Assembly: GCA_000708835.1 (NCBI GenBank)
Contig: DF237215.1
Coordinates: forward strand, 822-64,821
Direction: 5' to 3'
Origin: Klebsormidium nitens
Taxonomy: Eukaryota > Plantae > Klebsormidiophyceae
DNA: 64,000 nucleotides
Positions 10,250-22,892 of the stretch are shown here, piece by piece (position 1 is the stretch's first letter; each line of letters opens with the position of its first letter). The notes under the pieces were generated by a model. It ran no database searches and was not told where the DNA came from. It saw only the letters and a program-made list of their open reading frames with translations. The translations under genes and the position numbers were made by a program.

Positions 10250-13066
10250 CAGGCCCGAAATAGAGGGGCCTCAGTGCCTACGAACCGCGGGTCCAGGTTC
10301 ATGCTCGAGCTCACATGGGATCCATGAGAGGGGCCCGTTGGCTGGACGGTTGGCCCGAACAAGCGCTCTGCATCCGCTAGATGTATCTTTAGAACACACA
10401 ATCTAGATAAAGGATGGAGCATGATCAGGGCAGATTCGTGTATTCCAAGTTCTAGCGACCAGTTTTGTAGCAAACGGCTAGAACTCGTCACACTGTAGGC
10501 CTCCTCAATAGACGGTCGGTGAGCCAAAACGGCCCCGCAATTCCTCGCATACTCGTCACCAGATGAAAATCGTAAATGGCTCTGCCTTTACTTGGTAAGA
10601 TTATGCAGACCTCAAGGTGTCGTTTGGCTCCAATTGGCTGCTCTGTGGGTAAATAATCGCACTTGCCTGCTTCCCCTGAGTCAAGGTCTTCATCCGGCAA
10701 TTGCAGCCGGTCCTGAGCCAAGCGTGTGGGCTTTTGCGTTATGTCATGGATCTCGTAGCTCGAGAAATTGACAAAGTCTTTGTACCTGCATCCAATGAAC
10801 GCGAAGGTGTCCATGGCTTACTTCGGAGAGCCATGCGAGCAGCCTTTGGGTTGACACTCTCCTTGTATCGGACCACCACACCCCTTGCTTCAAAGTCGGA
10901 CGTCAAACATCTTCCAGGAATGGATACGTGCGACACCGATTCTGGAAGCTGTAGCGTACATTGTTGCGCTTACCGTGTCTTGAACTTTAGGCAGAAGTGT
11001 CCGAAGTGGTACAGGTCCGAAGGGAATCCAAAGTAGCAGGGCAGAGACGAGCCCCCGAGGGTGCCTTCGGCATTGGCAAAGTGATACAGCACCTACGCAA
11101 AAGATAAATCAGGAGTCAGGCAATGCTCCCAGCGTTTGGGCGACAGACTTTAGCATTGCTGGCTCATCGCCTCTGCCTTCGAGTCTCGGGCTTTTACGCC
11201 AACTAATGGTTGTTCTTCACGACCGAACCAACAACTCAGGACTTCGGGTGTTCACGCATGCAGTTTGAGTCTTCCTCAGATATTGCAGTTTCCAATGAAA
11301 GCGAGGCCGGCCTTTAGGATTGAATGCGCGTTTGCTGCGCATCTTCAAGCCTGAACATTAGAAGAGAAGCCGTGTGATCATTAGAAGAAAAGCCGTGTGA
11401 TCAACCATCACGGAACATCGGACAGTGACACGCCCGCAAAAGCCTAGAAGCGCGCCAAAGCAACATCTATCGTACCTCAACGCCATGATCGGGTCGTGGA
11501 AGATCGTTGAATTGAAGGGCCTGCACTTGAGCCTCCACAGCAGCGATTGCGGAGAGCTGCAACAATCGGAGGCAGGATCAAAAACAGTGGGGTCCATATT
11601 TGTTGAGGAGCGCCTGTCAGATCGAAATCGTCAGAGCTTGGTGGCAATCGTGCCTTCTTGCGGCTTGCCGTTGACAACTTGAAGTTCAGGCATTCAATAA
11701 GATCATGACATGGTCGATCTTTCTACCCGCTTCATGGTGCCCAGTCAGAAGGGGACAGCAGACCATGGCCTCAAAGCTACCCATACGCCGGGGCTTGCGA
11801 GCTACTAGATCCTGCTTATCTTTTAGCTTACATGGCAAGCCTGATATCTCAACAAGTAATAGAAGCAACAACTGACACCATGGAGTAAAAGGCCAGTAAC
11901 GAGGTTGCCTGATCAAGGGTCCTCGGAGTTCCCACCTCTGGGTGCGGCGTCAAGAGGGGTCCTGAGTCTGCTGCATCATTTCGATTGATGCTGTCCTGCC
12001 AAGGAGTGTGCACCTAAGTCAGCACTGCTTCTCTTCACTCACGTAACTTGCACATATGACATCCTCTTCACATTGAGCTTGCTAGCTCAGGGCAGGAATC
12101 TCAAATCATCTGGGAGTGGTGCAGGCAGATCATGGGCTGACATCTCAAGAGCTGCAGCATTACTGTGAATCACTTAAATGGCACTTGATTCTGAAGCATA
12201 CCTTATTGAGCGGAGGGGAGTCGGCTACAGTATCGTGTGAGAGTGATTGGCGACTCAGCCACTCCGGCAGTTTTGGGGGGGTGATCTGCAGCAAGAAGAG
12301 GGTTGAAAAGCTTGGGAGCTTACCAGTCCGGTTGCTAGGAGATCAGTAGAGGCACAGCAAGCAGCCTGCGTGAAGTACTACTGTACATATGGATGAGTAT
12401 CTGGAGTATGCTGTATCTCAAGGCACCTGGTTGTCAACCTGAGGTCGACTCTGGTCAGGACTATTCTACCTGTGCCGGCCTTTTGACTCTGTGAAAAGGC
12501 GTAAGACAATGTAGAGGCTTTTGTACTTTGCAGCCATGTTCATTCTAAAGGTGCCCGCTAGCAAGTACATTTCGGACCCTTCTGCTCTGATCGCCAATGT
12601 TGTTGGTGCAGCTCAGGATGCTCTATATAAGGTGTTTGAGAAATGGTGCGGAGGTGCAGCGGAGCATATGAGAAACTTCAGCCATGCGTTCAACCAGCTA
12701 CAGGAACCCTAAGCTGCCAGAGTCCGCATATTTCTGCATTCTACATTCCAGCAACTCTGAGATAGAAACCATGCCCCAGATTGGATCCAAATAGTTGTCT
12801 TGAGTTGCAAACTCGCAGGCAATCGAGACATTGAACGAAGAACCACTGCCTTTAGTAGTGTTGAGGGGACCAGACACCCACCAACGAATGCACTCCAGCA
12901 TTTACTTACATTGTCGTCCACTTCCGTTGAACTTTGCCCTGCTCCATTGACCAGTAAGGTCTGTGCCGCACTTGCATTTGTATGCAAGATGTCTGCACCA
13001 TTGCTCGAATGCACTCTTATAGTGCTGCGAAAAGTTGGCGCAGCCAAGTCTCTCTGGCCTCTCTGA
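10250..13066 (+). pseudogene. Probable decayed gene or TE-derived coding remnant
   Basis: Protein-like frames interrupted by isolated stops, such as ...FNQLQEP*AARVRIFLHSTFQQL*DRNHAPDWIQIVVLSCKLAG... and LLRYVMDLVAREIDKVFV. A tttgcag acceptor lies at about 12533. No family recognised. Confidence 0.3.
11358..11403. repeat. About 23-nt tandem duplication
   Basis: TTAGAAGARAAGCCGTGTGATCA occurs twice. Confidence 0.8.
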
Positions 13067-14583
13067 AGTTGTGCTGGACACAAAAGACTGCCATAAGATC
13101 GCCAAGGTTGCACAGAACAGGCACACCAAGTCATGGAGTTGTACAGCGAATTTTTGGCACGGCAAGTGTTGGCCCCTTTTGCAAGATGCGTCTTAAAAGG
13201 CTAAAGAAAAAGGTGGGCGGTTGAAAATTGAAAGCGTTGTAGTTCTCCTGTATTCATGCATTATTGAAAGCCTATGTACGACCTCGTTGACGCCGAGGGT
13301 GCTTCCACAATTTGCAATCTGCGCCAAGGTTCTTGTGCATTCTCCTGCTGATGTCATTATTAATTGCGTCTAGTCTAGTCTTCTCCTGGCGACGTTCAAA
13401 CTTCACCCACTTCCAACTTTGAAATTTTGACAGCCTTCAGGTCCATCCATGAATCACGACGTCAACCAGCGCCGCGGCCCGGCGCGCCTCTGTGACCAGC
13501 ATCACCGTCGATAATCCTTTTCAAGCATTCTCAGCCGCTAGATCCTGTTCATAATGGTCAGACGAGTCAACTTTCCGCCTGACTTTGAATCTTTTCCGCC
13601 TTCCGTACATTTACAAGTAACTTAGACTGAAGCAGACTGAACTCAGGACTCAAAAGTACTAGGCCCAGGGCGCAAGACTCGAGCGAGAGACCAGCTTCCA
13701 GGAGCAATGCTGAAAGCAAGGCTGACTGGAAAACGTGAGAATAATTGAGAACTTTGTCAACCCATTCAAAGTCGCCCTTTTCTCGCTGCTCGTCTTTGTT
13801 TTGTGGCATTGGGCTGAAGCGCCATAGTGCGCTATCTCATAGCCTAGTGTATGAGTGGTAGGTAAAGATGTGCGAAGCGCAAAAGCACACAGCCACCCAA
13901 AAGGGCAAATATCTTTGGGAGGATCAAATCCTGCATCTGCATTGGTCGCATCTTTAGGAGATGTCCTCAATCAAAACTGCCGGTGCAAGCTTTGTGGTGA
14001 CCAACACTTCGAGTGGAAGATTGCTTACCATTGATATCGGAGAAGATTGCGTCCACTGCTTTGGGCAGACTCTGCAATGCTGTCCTAGGGAAGAAGTCTG
14101 AAGGCTCTGTGAAGGATCATACTGGTTTGCACGTCTCTGTGGAGGACCTTATGTGAAGGCTATTCTGAAGGTCACACAAGGACTTTGTTTACAGCAGGGA
14201 GAAGGCGAAACGACAGCATTCAGCCGGCTCCTTTCTTCAGAAGATCTGACGTTCTGCTGACTCGCATGAGGGGCCAGGAAAAGTCTGGAACCAGGATGGA
14301 CGTTGACAGGGAGCCTGATTAACGTTGGCTCGCAGGGGTCTACGGAGGCCCTTGCTCATCAGGCTGGATCAGTGTTGCCGCCTGAGTGTACCACTTGATA
14401 CGTGTCTGCTACGCACTGGCTTCCCTTAAGGACCCGGACTTGAGATTACAGTGAAACAGACCTTCCATCAGCAGGGACAGCAGCGCACCATTGCAGGGTT
14501 TGGCTGCGTTATCTTACAAGAAAATCATTTTACCAATCCTTGCAGTGTCAGTAGACACACAACAGTCAACTAAAAGAGCGGTC

Positions 14584-17500
14584 ATGGTAGAGTTTGACCC
14601 AGTCAGAATGGCAGGTCAGGAGATCACTGAGGTGCCCCTAGGGGGAGCTTCTGAAAGGATGCGGTTGGGGCAGGCTAGCGGCATGAGCAGCCAGTCCAAA
14701 ATCCCTCTGGGGATGCAGAAGGCAGAGGAACTGACCAGCCTCCCAAGCTTCAATGCGCTGCCGGTGCTGCGGACAAAGAGCATGTGAGTGATTCTGGTTG
14801 TGTTGCCTGCTCTTGAGGAAGGGAGCCAACAGCCTTCTTGCTCATGGTTTTTAGAAACTACATGGTCGATCAGGAATTATGCCATATTACTACTCTGGCC
14901 TGAATCCGCTCTATACCGCTTTTAGCAGATGCAACTGCTTGAGCAGACTCTGCTCGAAAGCTGCAGGCGTAGTCCTGCTTGGAAGAAGCTTGAATTGTGC
15001 TGAACTGATCAAGCATCATCAGAATCCCTGTTCAAAACAAGGCTTCACTTGAAAACTCGAATCAACTTCTGCAAGTCACTAGTGGCTGTGTAATGGAATC
15101 CTCCTGAACTTACGCTCCTACTGTTCCTTCAGCACAGCTTGACCTGTTTCTCAAGTACTCATATTTTGTAACGAACTGTCTATCAAGCGCATGCAAGTAC
15201 TTTCATGAACTATCTCTGCGGCCCAATCTGCCATGCGAACCGAGTCTTAGAGGAAGAGACAGAAGACAAGCATCCAACAAGCGGAAGCTTCGGAGCAAGC
15301 ATTGGCTAAAGCAAGTTGATCATGATTCAACAAGGCACACTGACTATGCACGAAAGGCTTGGTAGTGGCCAAACGCGAGCTGAGTGCTCAAATCATACAC
15401 TGCACGACGAGTGTAACCTATCAAGGGGTATCAAAGTGGGCCTTGCTTTGATTCTCAATCTCTCCCTTGACCTTTTACAGGACACGGAAGCCGCACATTC
15501 AACTCCCGGTGTCTTCGGATAGCCCCCCCGCCAGCATAAAGTCCCCCAGGGGAGTCCAACGGGACACCTCCGGCCAAATCTGCCCTAAGTGCCTGTTGCA
15601 CGTGCCGTTTTACCAGGAGCTACCTCATTGGCGGAGCATAGACGACTTCATTGATCAGAAGCCTATCGGGTCCGGGAAGTGAGTCGCTTCTTCTTGGCGG
15701 GTCCCGTTCCCAATTAGGCTTGCTTCTGTCCGTCACATCTGTTGCGTAATGCGGCCTACTGCATGCTTCCTGCTCGACTGTCTCACGATCTGACGGGTTC
15801 CAAGAAACATTCTGCTGCTCAAGGAAAGTCTCAACCGTTGAACAATTATGCCTCGATCGGCACGGACATATTCAATGTGAGCTCAGAGAAGGCTTTGAGC
15901 ACGTGGTTAACCGTTTGAGGAACGCAAAGACTGGATCCCGGTTTTCAAACTCCGTGCAATCAAACTCGACGTACAAAGAGTCCTTCAACGGCGTTCATCT
16001 AGTGGGAGTTTTCTTGCATGGGCGGCGTTTCTCATGAGGATCCATCTTTGAACTTGATGCAAACCTAGCAAGCAGAAGAAGAAGCGAAGGTGCCCAAGGT
16101 AGTTTTGAGAACTCTTCACCGAACGACTGACAGTCCTTAGGTTAAAAACGCTCGCACTTATCGCTCCGCTCTGATCAACTCAAAGAAATTCATGAAGCCC
16201 CGTCCGTCAATTTAAAAAACCAATCGCTCATACAGGCGGACGTCAAATACTATCGAGCTGATCTGGGGCCGTCCGGTCGCGCTGTAGAATCACTTAGACG
16301 CGCTGAACTCAGAGTCCTCAGAGCAGGGTCGTTTTCTTAACTTGAACAAAAACCATTTCTTCTGGTTGCAGGACGTCGTGGGTGCTGAGCGCGCGGTGCC
16401 GCCTGACGGGCCTCCCGGTAGCGATCAAGATCTACAAAAAGGAGGCGCTGACGTCGGCCAACCGGAACCAGGTGCGGCGGGAGGTGGAGAGCTTGTACGA
16501 GCTCAGGTGAGGTCGAGTCACAGGGCGCCACGTGTCCGGTTTGAAGCGAACCAGCGGGCGGTTCGATTGATCACGGCCATCCGCCGCGAGAGGAAGGGCT
16601 TGCGTGCTCTGCGCGTGATCTGTTTGTAGCCGGTTGAAGCTGCAGGTTTGTTTCAGAGCTTTCGACAGATTCGAAACGATTTCGTATTTCACGTCAGTTT
16701 GTTAAAACGCTGAATTGTTTGCCTGTTGCACTCCTTGCTCCTCATCCCGTCTATTTCTGTCCTTAGTTTACTCGCTTCTCTAGTCTCTTACGTAGCACTG
16801 CAACGGTTCAGCATGTTTGCTTTCAACGCTGCCCGTTTCCTAGTTCGCAAGGCTCAAAATCTGAAGAAGTTGTCATTGTATATATCCATTCCGTTCCGCT
16901 TGTCCGCGTCTCTAGTTCCTCACCAGCGCTTCCTTCCCACCATCTCAGGCACGAAACCTGAACAAAGCTCTACAACCTACATCCGTACCGGGTCCGCTTT
17001 GCCAGTCCTCTTGTTCCTTACCCGGTCTTCTTCCTTCCATTCTTTCAAGCAACTAAAGAAGATGCACATCTTCGTAATCACCTGGTCCGCTTTCCCGGCT
17101 CTCTAGTTCCTCACCAGTCTTTTCTCCCCACCTTCTCAGGCACGAAAACCTGAACAAGCTGTACATGGTTTTCGAGGACGCCCGGCGGGTGACCCTGATT
17201 CTTGAGTACTGCTCCCAGGGGGACGTCTTCAAAATGCTCGCGGAGCACAAGGGCCACATGGACGAAGAAGTGGTTGTCGTGCGAGTAAGCTGCTGCCACG
17301 TGGCGTGCCCCTGGCCCTCGATTTGACGGGGACAGCTTCTACTGTGTGCACAGGCAGGCGACGTTTTGTGCTGTCTGGTAGTTGCCGAACTTTGCTTCCC
17401 TGTCGTAGGCTCGAAGCCGTCTGAATATTCTCAAACCGACAGCAGACAGAAAGAACGGAACGCGCCAACGGAACGTGCCAACGGAACGGATTCACGATGC

Positions 17501-19753
17501 ACCGGCTGAGCATTCATACGGGGGACGGCATCTTTTGCAGGTGTTGGCGCCCCTTCTCCGGGCGCTCGACTACCTTCACACTCGGGCGTACATGCACCGG
17601 TAAGTGCCCCCCTCAAAGTCCCAAGTATCTGCTTATAAACACTGGACGTTACGGTCTTCTTGATCCAAGCAAATGTCCACTGTTGTTTCTGTTGAGATCA
17701 CAATCAAAGGTACTTTCGACCGCTCTGCCGCAAAGCTAGCCGCAGTTTGGACGGCGTAGCTCACTCTGTTAGTCGCCGTCTCCTTGTCACAAACGTAAGG
17801 TACCTGTTCCGAAGAAATGCAGTTTGGAGAGGCTGACCAGACGTTGTAGACCGTTGAATCTAATCGTCGAGAACGGTGATCAGCAAAACGAAACGCGACA
17901 ATCAGCGCCTCTTCACTGTGCCGCGAAATCAAGGCTGGGAACCATCGTCACTAACGACGAGCTCTCTCTTTCCGCAGCGACATCAAGAACCTTACTCACT
18001 AACAAGAAGCTCCCTATTTTCGAGGCGATATCAAGCCCGAGAACCATACTCCACTAACGACGAGCTCTCTCATTCCGCAGCGGTATCAAGCCCGAGAAAC
18101 ATACTCACTAACAAGAACCTCTCTGATTCCGCAGCGATATTAAGCCAGAGAACCTGTTCATGTCGGAGGACGGCACGCTCAAGCTGGGCGACTTCGGCTT
18201 CGCGATCAACACCGAGCGCGACGTGGCGAAATCCAGGCTGGGAACACTAGACTACATGTCGCCGGAAGTGCTCCAGATGCCCAGCACCAACGACGGCTCA
18301 GACCCCGACCTGCCGTCGCCCGTCGGGTCGCCGCGCGCGGCGGAGCGGGGCTACGACAGCAAAGTCGACGTCTGGTGAGAACCGCCTGTTGAAAGTTTCG
18401 GCGTTGAAAGCTGGCCTTTCTTTGATTGGCGCTTGTGGCGACTCGAAGCACTGCGGATATTTGACAGTTCCTCGATTGTTGTTTTGTTTCTGCCGCTAAT
18501 TGACCCACCCTCAATGAATCGAGGGGACGTTCAAGCGAATAAAGCCAACCCAGGTTCCCATCGAAGTTTCTGTTCCAAGTCATCTCGCCTTCTATTTCAA
18601 CCTCTATTTGAAAGCCATTTGCAATCTTTGGGAATCTGGTTTTGCCTGTAATGCGCTGAACGGTCATAGTCTCTGAGCGCGAGCGATCTCGTGTCCCCGC
18701 AGGGCGTGCGGCATCCTAGCATACGAGCTGCTGTGCGGGAAGCCCCCGTTTGAAGTCCCCGACCGCCGCGAGACCTGCCGGAAGATCATAAGCGAAGAGC
18801 TTCCTGGCAAGGAAGGATGGCCTCGGTTCCTGTCTCCTGAGAGCATCCGGTTCATTAATCAGGCAAGCGCTCCAGCACTTTACCGTACTTGTTAGCGAGA
18901 TTGCGGTGAACGCTCTGTTTAGCGGCATCTGCCTTTGCGGGTTCGGAAAGCAGGGGTGTTGCTCGGGACCCTACACCGAGTTTTATAGTAGCTGATTCAG
19001 GTCCTTTGTTAGTTATAACCTGAACGCAAAATATGGTCAAAAGTGAGCTCTCCGTACAGAATTCTACCCCATGCTGTTCAAAGACTCTTTTGTCGTCTTG
19101 GCTGCGTTGTTCTGAGCGGACAAGAATTGTACTCATTGCCCCTCCCCAAAATTTCACAAACGGTCTGGCAACTCGTGCTCGACCAGAGTAAGCCACACGC
19201 AAACCGACCTTAATCTTCCGGTCGAACGCTCTTGCAGGCAACCCACAAGACGCCGTCGAAGCGCCTGACCGCCGGCCAATTGCTGCAGCACACGTGGATC
19301 AAGAAGTACACGCAACGCGCGGCCGCGTCGCGCTCCCCCGCCAAGCCCGACTACCCGGGCTTCCACCAGGTCTCCAGCCCCCAGTCCGTTCTCGACCTGC
19401 ACCAATTGGACGTCCTCAGCGGTGCTAACACGCCGGCGTCCGCGCGTAAGGGGGGGTCCGAAACGCCGGTCGGGAAGGGGGGGTACGAGACGGCCCCCGG
19501 AAAGGGGGGGAAGTCGATGCCCCGGCACCTGGCGGCGCTCTTCGCGGAGGCGTTACAGTCTGGGTCGCACTGCTGCACCCCCACCCGGGGATCGGAGTCG
19601 TCGGCGGAGTTGATCGCGGAGGGGGGCGGTGGGGAAGGGAAATTCGCCCCGGGCGAGGAGGGGGTGGCGGCGGATGAGGCGGAGAACGCGGGCGGGGTGC
19701 TGGGGATGGTGACGGCGCCGTTCCGATTGTTTGCGAGGCTGTTGATAGGATAG
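14584..19753 (+). CDS. Aurora-like Ser/Thr protein kinase, 550 aa; exons 14584-14783, 15481-15678, 16372-16506, 17140-17284, 17541-17599, 18135-18374, 18703-18862, 19238-19753
   Basis: The joined CDS is 1653 nt and in frame. Motifs: GSGK..[66 protein letters not shown]. Intron 7 needs a GC donor (CAG|GCAAGC). Confidence 0.9.
16862..16975 (+). repeat. Degenerate copy of intron-3 3' end, acceptor and start of kinase exon 4
   Basis: tctagttcctcaccag...ctcag|GCACGAAACCTGAACAAAGCTCTACA mirrors 17101-17165 at an offset of 191 nt. Confidence 0.85.
17949..18153 (+). repeat. Four-unit tandem array of branch point, acceptor and DIKPEN-coding exon start; the last unit is the real junction
   Basis: Units CACTAAC...CCGCAG|CGATATCAAGCCCGAGAAC start at about 17949, 17997, 18052 and 18106. 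Confidence 0.9.
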
Positions 19754-21820
19754 AAAGTAATTTAATTGGTACGTGAGGGTGTCGATGGGCAAGCCTCATG
19801 AAGGGGCCTAGATTGTTGACGCGCTATTTATTGTGGTAGAAAGACCGGCCTCACATTGAGGCTTGAACGTGTCTCCAGTGCCCTTGTACATAAAAGGATA
19901 GACCAAGTCAGGGGGGTACCTGAAAAATAACCTCAAAACAATGAACGAAAGCACACAAGGTAACATTCATAATTGAATAAGTGGCTAACAAGTCCAGAGG
20001 TGATTATTGCAAGCATCAAACAGGACAGCATGCAGCTTTCCGTTGCAACATACGAGTCTGACTCGTATCGGGACACCTCACGAGTTGTCACGTTAGGATA
20101 TGTTGAGGTAGCTCGGAGTTCCGCTTAATCTTTACGAAGCTCAACTACAGAGGCTATCAATCTGGAATTTTTTTTCTGGCCGTAAAGCACTCTAGTGGCA
20201 TCCTATACGTTTCAGAGGTTAGATTAATAAGAAACGGTAACGTTTTAGGAAGAAAGGCCGATTGCCTCATCTTTCACTTCTTTCAAGTAGATGGCCCAAA
20301 AGCAATGATCCGCCTTGCCTCGAGCTTAAAGAGGCAATGAACCTGCTCTCGTGTCACAAGCTCACGAATGCTGGCGCGAATTTCACGTCTTGCAATTTAG
20401 AAACTCAAAGGTGATCGGGGGCGCCGGGGGGCGTTTGTTTCATAGACAAAACTACTCACGAGAGGGAGATAGTATAGGCAATGAAGCCAATATGCATCAG
20501 CAACGATGACGTCAGAAGGTTGTTCTCTGCGGGCGTGTCATAGTAATAAGCTCTTAAGCAAGTAGGCTCGCTTGCAGTGCCCAGAGTCTAGAGGTCCAGA
20601 AAGCATCTTGGAGCCGGATTGTAATGATTCCACAATGCGTTGCTTTGCCTTTGCGACATTGTTATCTCCATTGCATAGTACAACTCTGCACCCTGGAATC
20701 GGGACAAGGCCTTCTGTAATCATATAATCAGATGACTACAGATGGCCTTGTCCCGCTTAAGCTCAATCCTATGACGGACTTCGTCGTGAGCACGATCGAA
20801 CCTCTGTTTGCCCGCGGAATTCAAGAATGTCACAAGTGCCCAGCGAACTCAGTCGCCTCCCCTCAAAGTTTCAAGTGTATGGCAATCGATCGCTTATCAG
20901 ATATCCTCAGCGCACACCGACCGCAGCTGGAGCAGAGAATTGACCATAAGTCTTGCACTCGCTCTCGACTTGTGACGAGTGAAGAGGCTTTTCATTTCTC
21001 AAAGAGTTCTCTTGTAGATCCTGTCTCAACACGTTCGCAGGATTCTTCACAGCCGCAAATCTAAGGATGTTGCGGAACTTTTATCGCGAGCTGGTAAGTA
21101 TCTAGTTACGCTTGAGTGGGCCTGTCGTTTCCTGTCATCTAGATGTGAAACGGCGGCATGGCTAAGAGGACCATGACTTGCTTTTGCGGGCAGTCCGCCA
21201 GAATCGGTTCCAAATGAACACGTTCCTCAAGATCGTGGCCGCTACTTGAAGACTACTCCAGAAAAGGATGCGATCTAGTACTTACTTAGATACTGCAGGC
21301 GAAAATCTGCTCTCCTATGAGCTTGATGCCGTACGACTGGCCACCAGGATCCAAAGGGGCGGCATCACCAAGAAGGGCTGACTCTGGCCGCCTTCAAACG
21401 TGCATATAAGCTTCATAGCGACGCATCCGAGGCCAGATCTTTGCATATGTTCATTGTTGTGAGACGTTTCATGCTTGACCTTCGAGAATCTGTCAAGCCC
21501 GCGGTTGCAGAGAGCTCGATGCACGGCAAATGCTGAAGGCTGGCAGCGGACGATGCGAGCTTCGCCGCTACTTTTCTTCGTGAATTGTCGAATTCATGCA
21601 GTGGCTCCATTGCTGCTCGGAAATGAGAGATCTCAGCAACATAAAGGACGCTTTTAGCAGTCACGCTTGCAGCAAGTTGCGGCCTTCTATACTTGCATAC
21701 TCGGCGAATCATGTTCGGAGGAAATACTTACATCGCGCCCGATGCAGAAAGCAGGGCGCTTAGGTGATCCAGTGTATGCTCCATCTCTCCCGTAAGCGAA
21801 GCGGGCTCCAGCGATCCAAA

Positions 21821-22369
21821 ATGGACACGCTTTTCTTCCTCCTACTTGCTGTCGGAGTTAATTGTGCTGCGGCCAGCCTTGACCCAGCATTGTGTCCTTT
21901 TGAGCTGGGGTATAACCCAATTTTCAACGCCGATGGGAGTGTCCTGTCCTGCCAGAAGGGTGAGAAGTCCTCCACCCTGGGCTTGGCTTATTGTATTTGA
22001 GGCTTCGTGAACACTGATCTGAGTAGAAGACAAGTTGAACCTCAGATTCTTCTGCATTTCATATTTTTTAATGCTTTTTTAATGACAATTTTCCTTTTTC
22101 GCTCAGGTGACGAGACGTTTACCGTTGACTCCCCGACCGTTGCTCGCTCCCTGCGCGACATCGGGAATAATCTGCTCACCATCCAGATCGCTGCGGCTGC
22201 TTTCAGTGTCGATGCGCAAACGATCAACCAATTTCTGGACCCTAACGTCCTTTTTTTTCTAGAAGACGGAAAGCCCCGCGGCCGCTTCAATCCCGGCCTT
22301 GATGCATTCTTCAGTGACCCCGCCATCTTTTCTTACGTCCCTGGAATGGACCCTTCCACCCTCTTTAAA
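21821..22369 (+). CDS. Secreted or membrane-targeted protein of unknown function; exons 21821-21959, 22107-22369; possible third exon 22711-22860
   Basis: Hydrophobic signal-peptide-like N-terminus MDTLFFLLLAVGVNCAAA; phase-consistent G|GTGAGA...ctcag|GT and AAA|GTGAGT junctions. Confidence 0.7.
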
Positions 22370-22892
22370 GTGAGTGCAAAGACCTGCCTTGAAAAATGGC
22401 GCGTGTTACCATTGTATATTGTAGACCCCTGGAATCCGGTGCACGGACAGACACTTCTTGACTAGTGAAATTCTTCAGAAGCCGCTTTGAAGCGGAGGCA
22501 AACACATGAGCGCTGAGCCACGATTCATGCAGTTTTCTGGAACATCATAGTAAGAGCTGGAAATGCGCAGATGCTGATTGCCATTGCTCTGACTGCTTGA
22601 CTAAGAGATCTGTACCAGGAAGGCCTTGCTGAGACACAGTCTGTCTTCTGCAGGTAAGCAATTACCAATTGCTCGGCGGAGCCCTCCCTGCAGCCACTCT
22701 TCATGTGCAGCTGACCACCAAGACTTCCTTTGTCGACTTCGACAGCATCTGGTATCTGAATGATGTTGCGGGAGGAACGAAGCTATGCAGCTATTTCGCG
22801 GTTTTAATCTCAAGGTCACCGCGCGTAGCTAGAATCATTTCGAATCGAGGCTATATCTAGACATCATCTTTTCAGCATGATAAAGAACGGCT

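Noticed and set aside
13567-13809. 80-aa ATG ORF MPQNKDEQ...
   Set aside because: Protein-like but isolated, with no motif or joinable exons; insufficient support.
17949-18134. CRISPR-like repeat-spacer appearance
   Set aside because: Units are contiguous degenerate copies of a splice acceptor and exon start with no unique spacers, in a eukaryotic intron with no cas genes.
20538-21712. Scattered ORFs between the kinase and the secreted protein
   Set aside because: No consistent strand, phase or recognisable motif.
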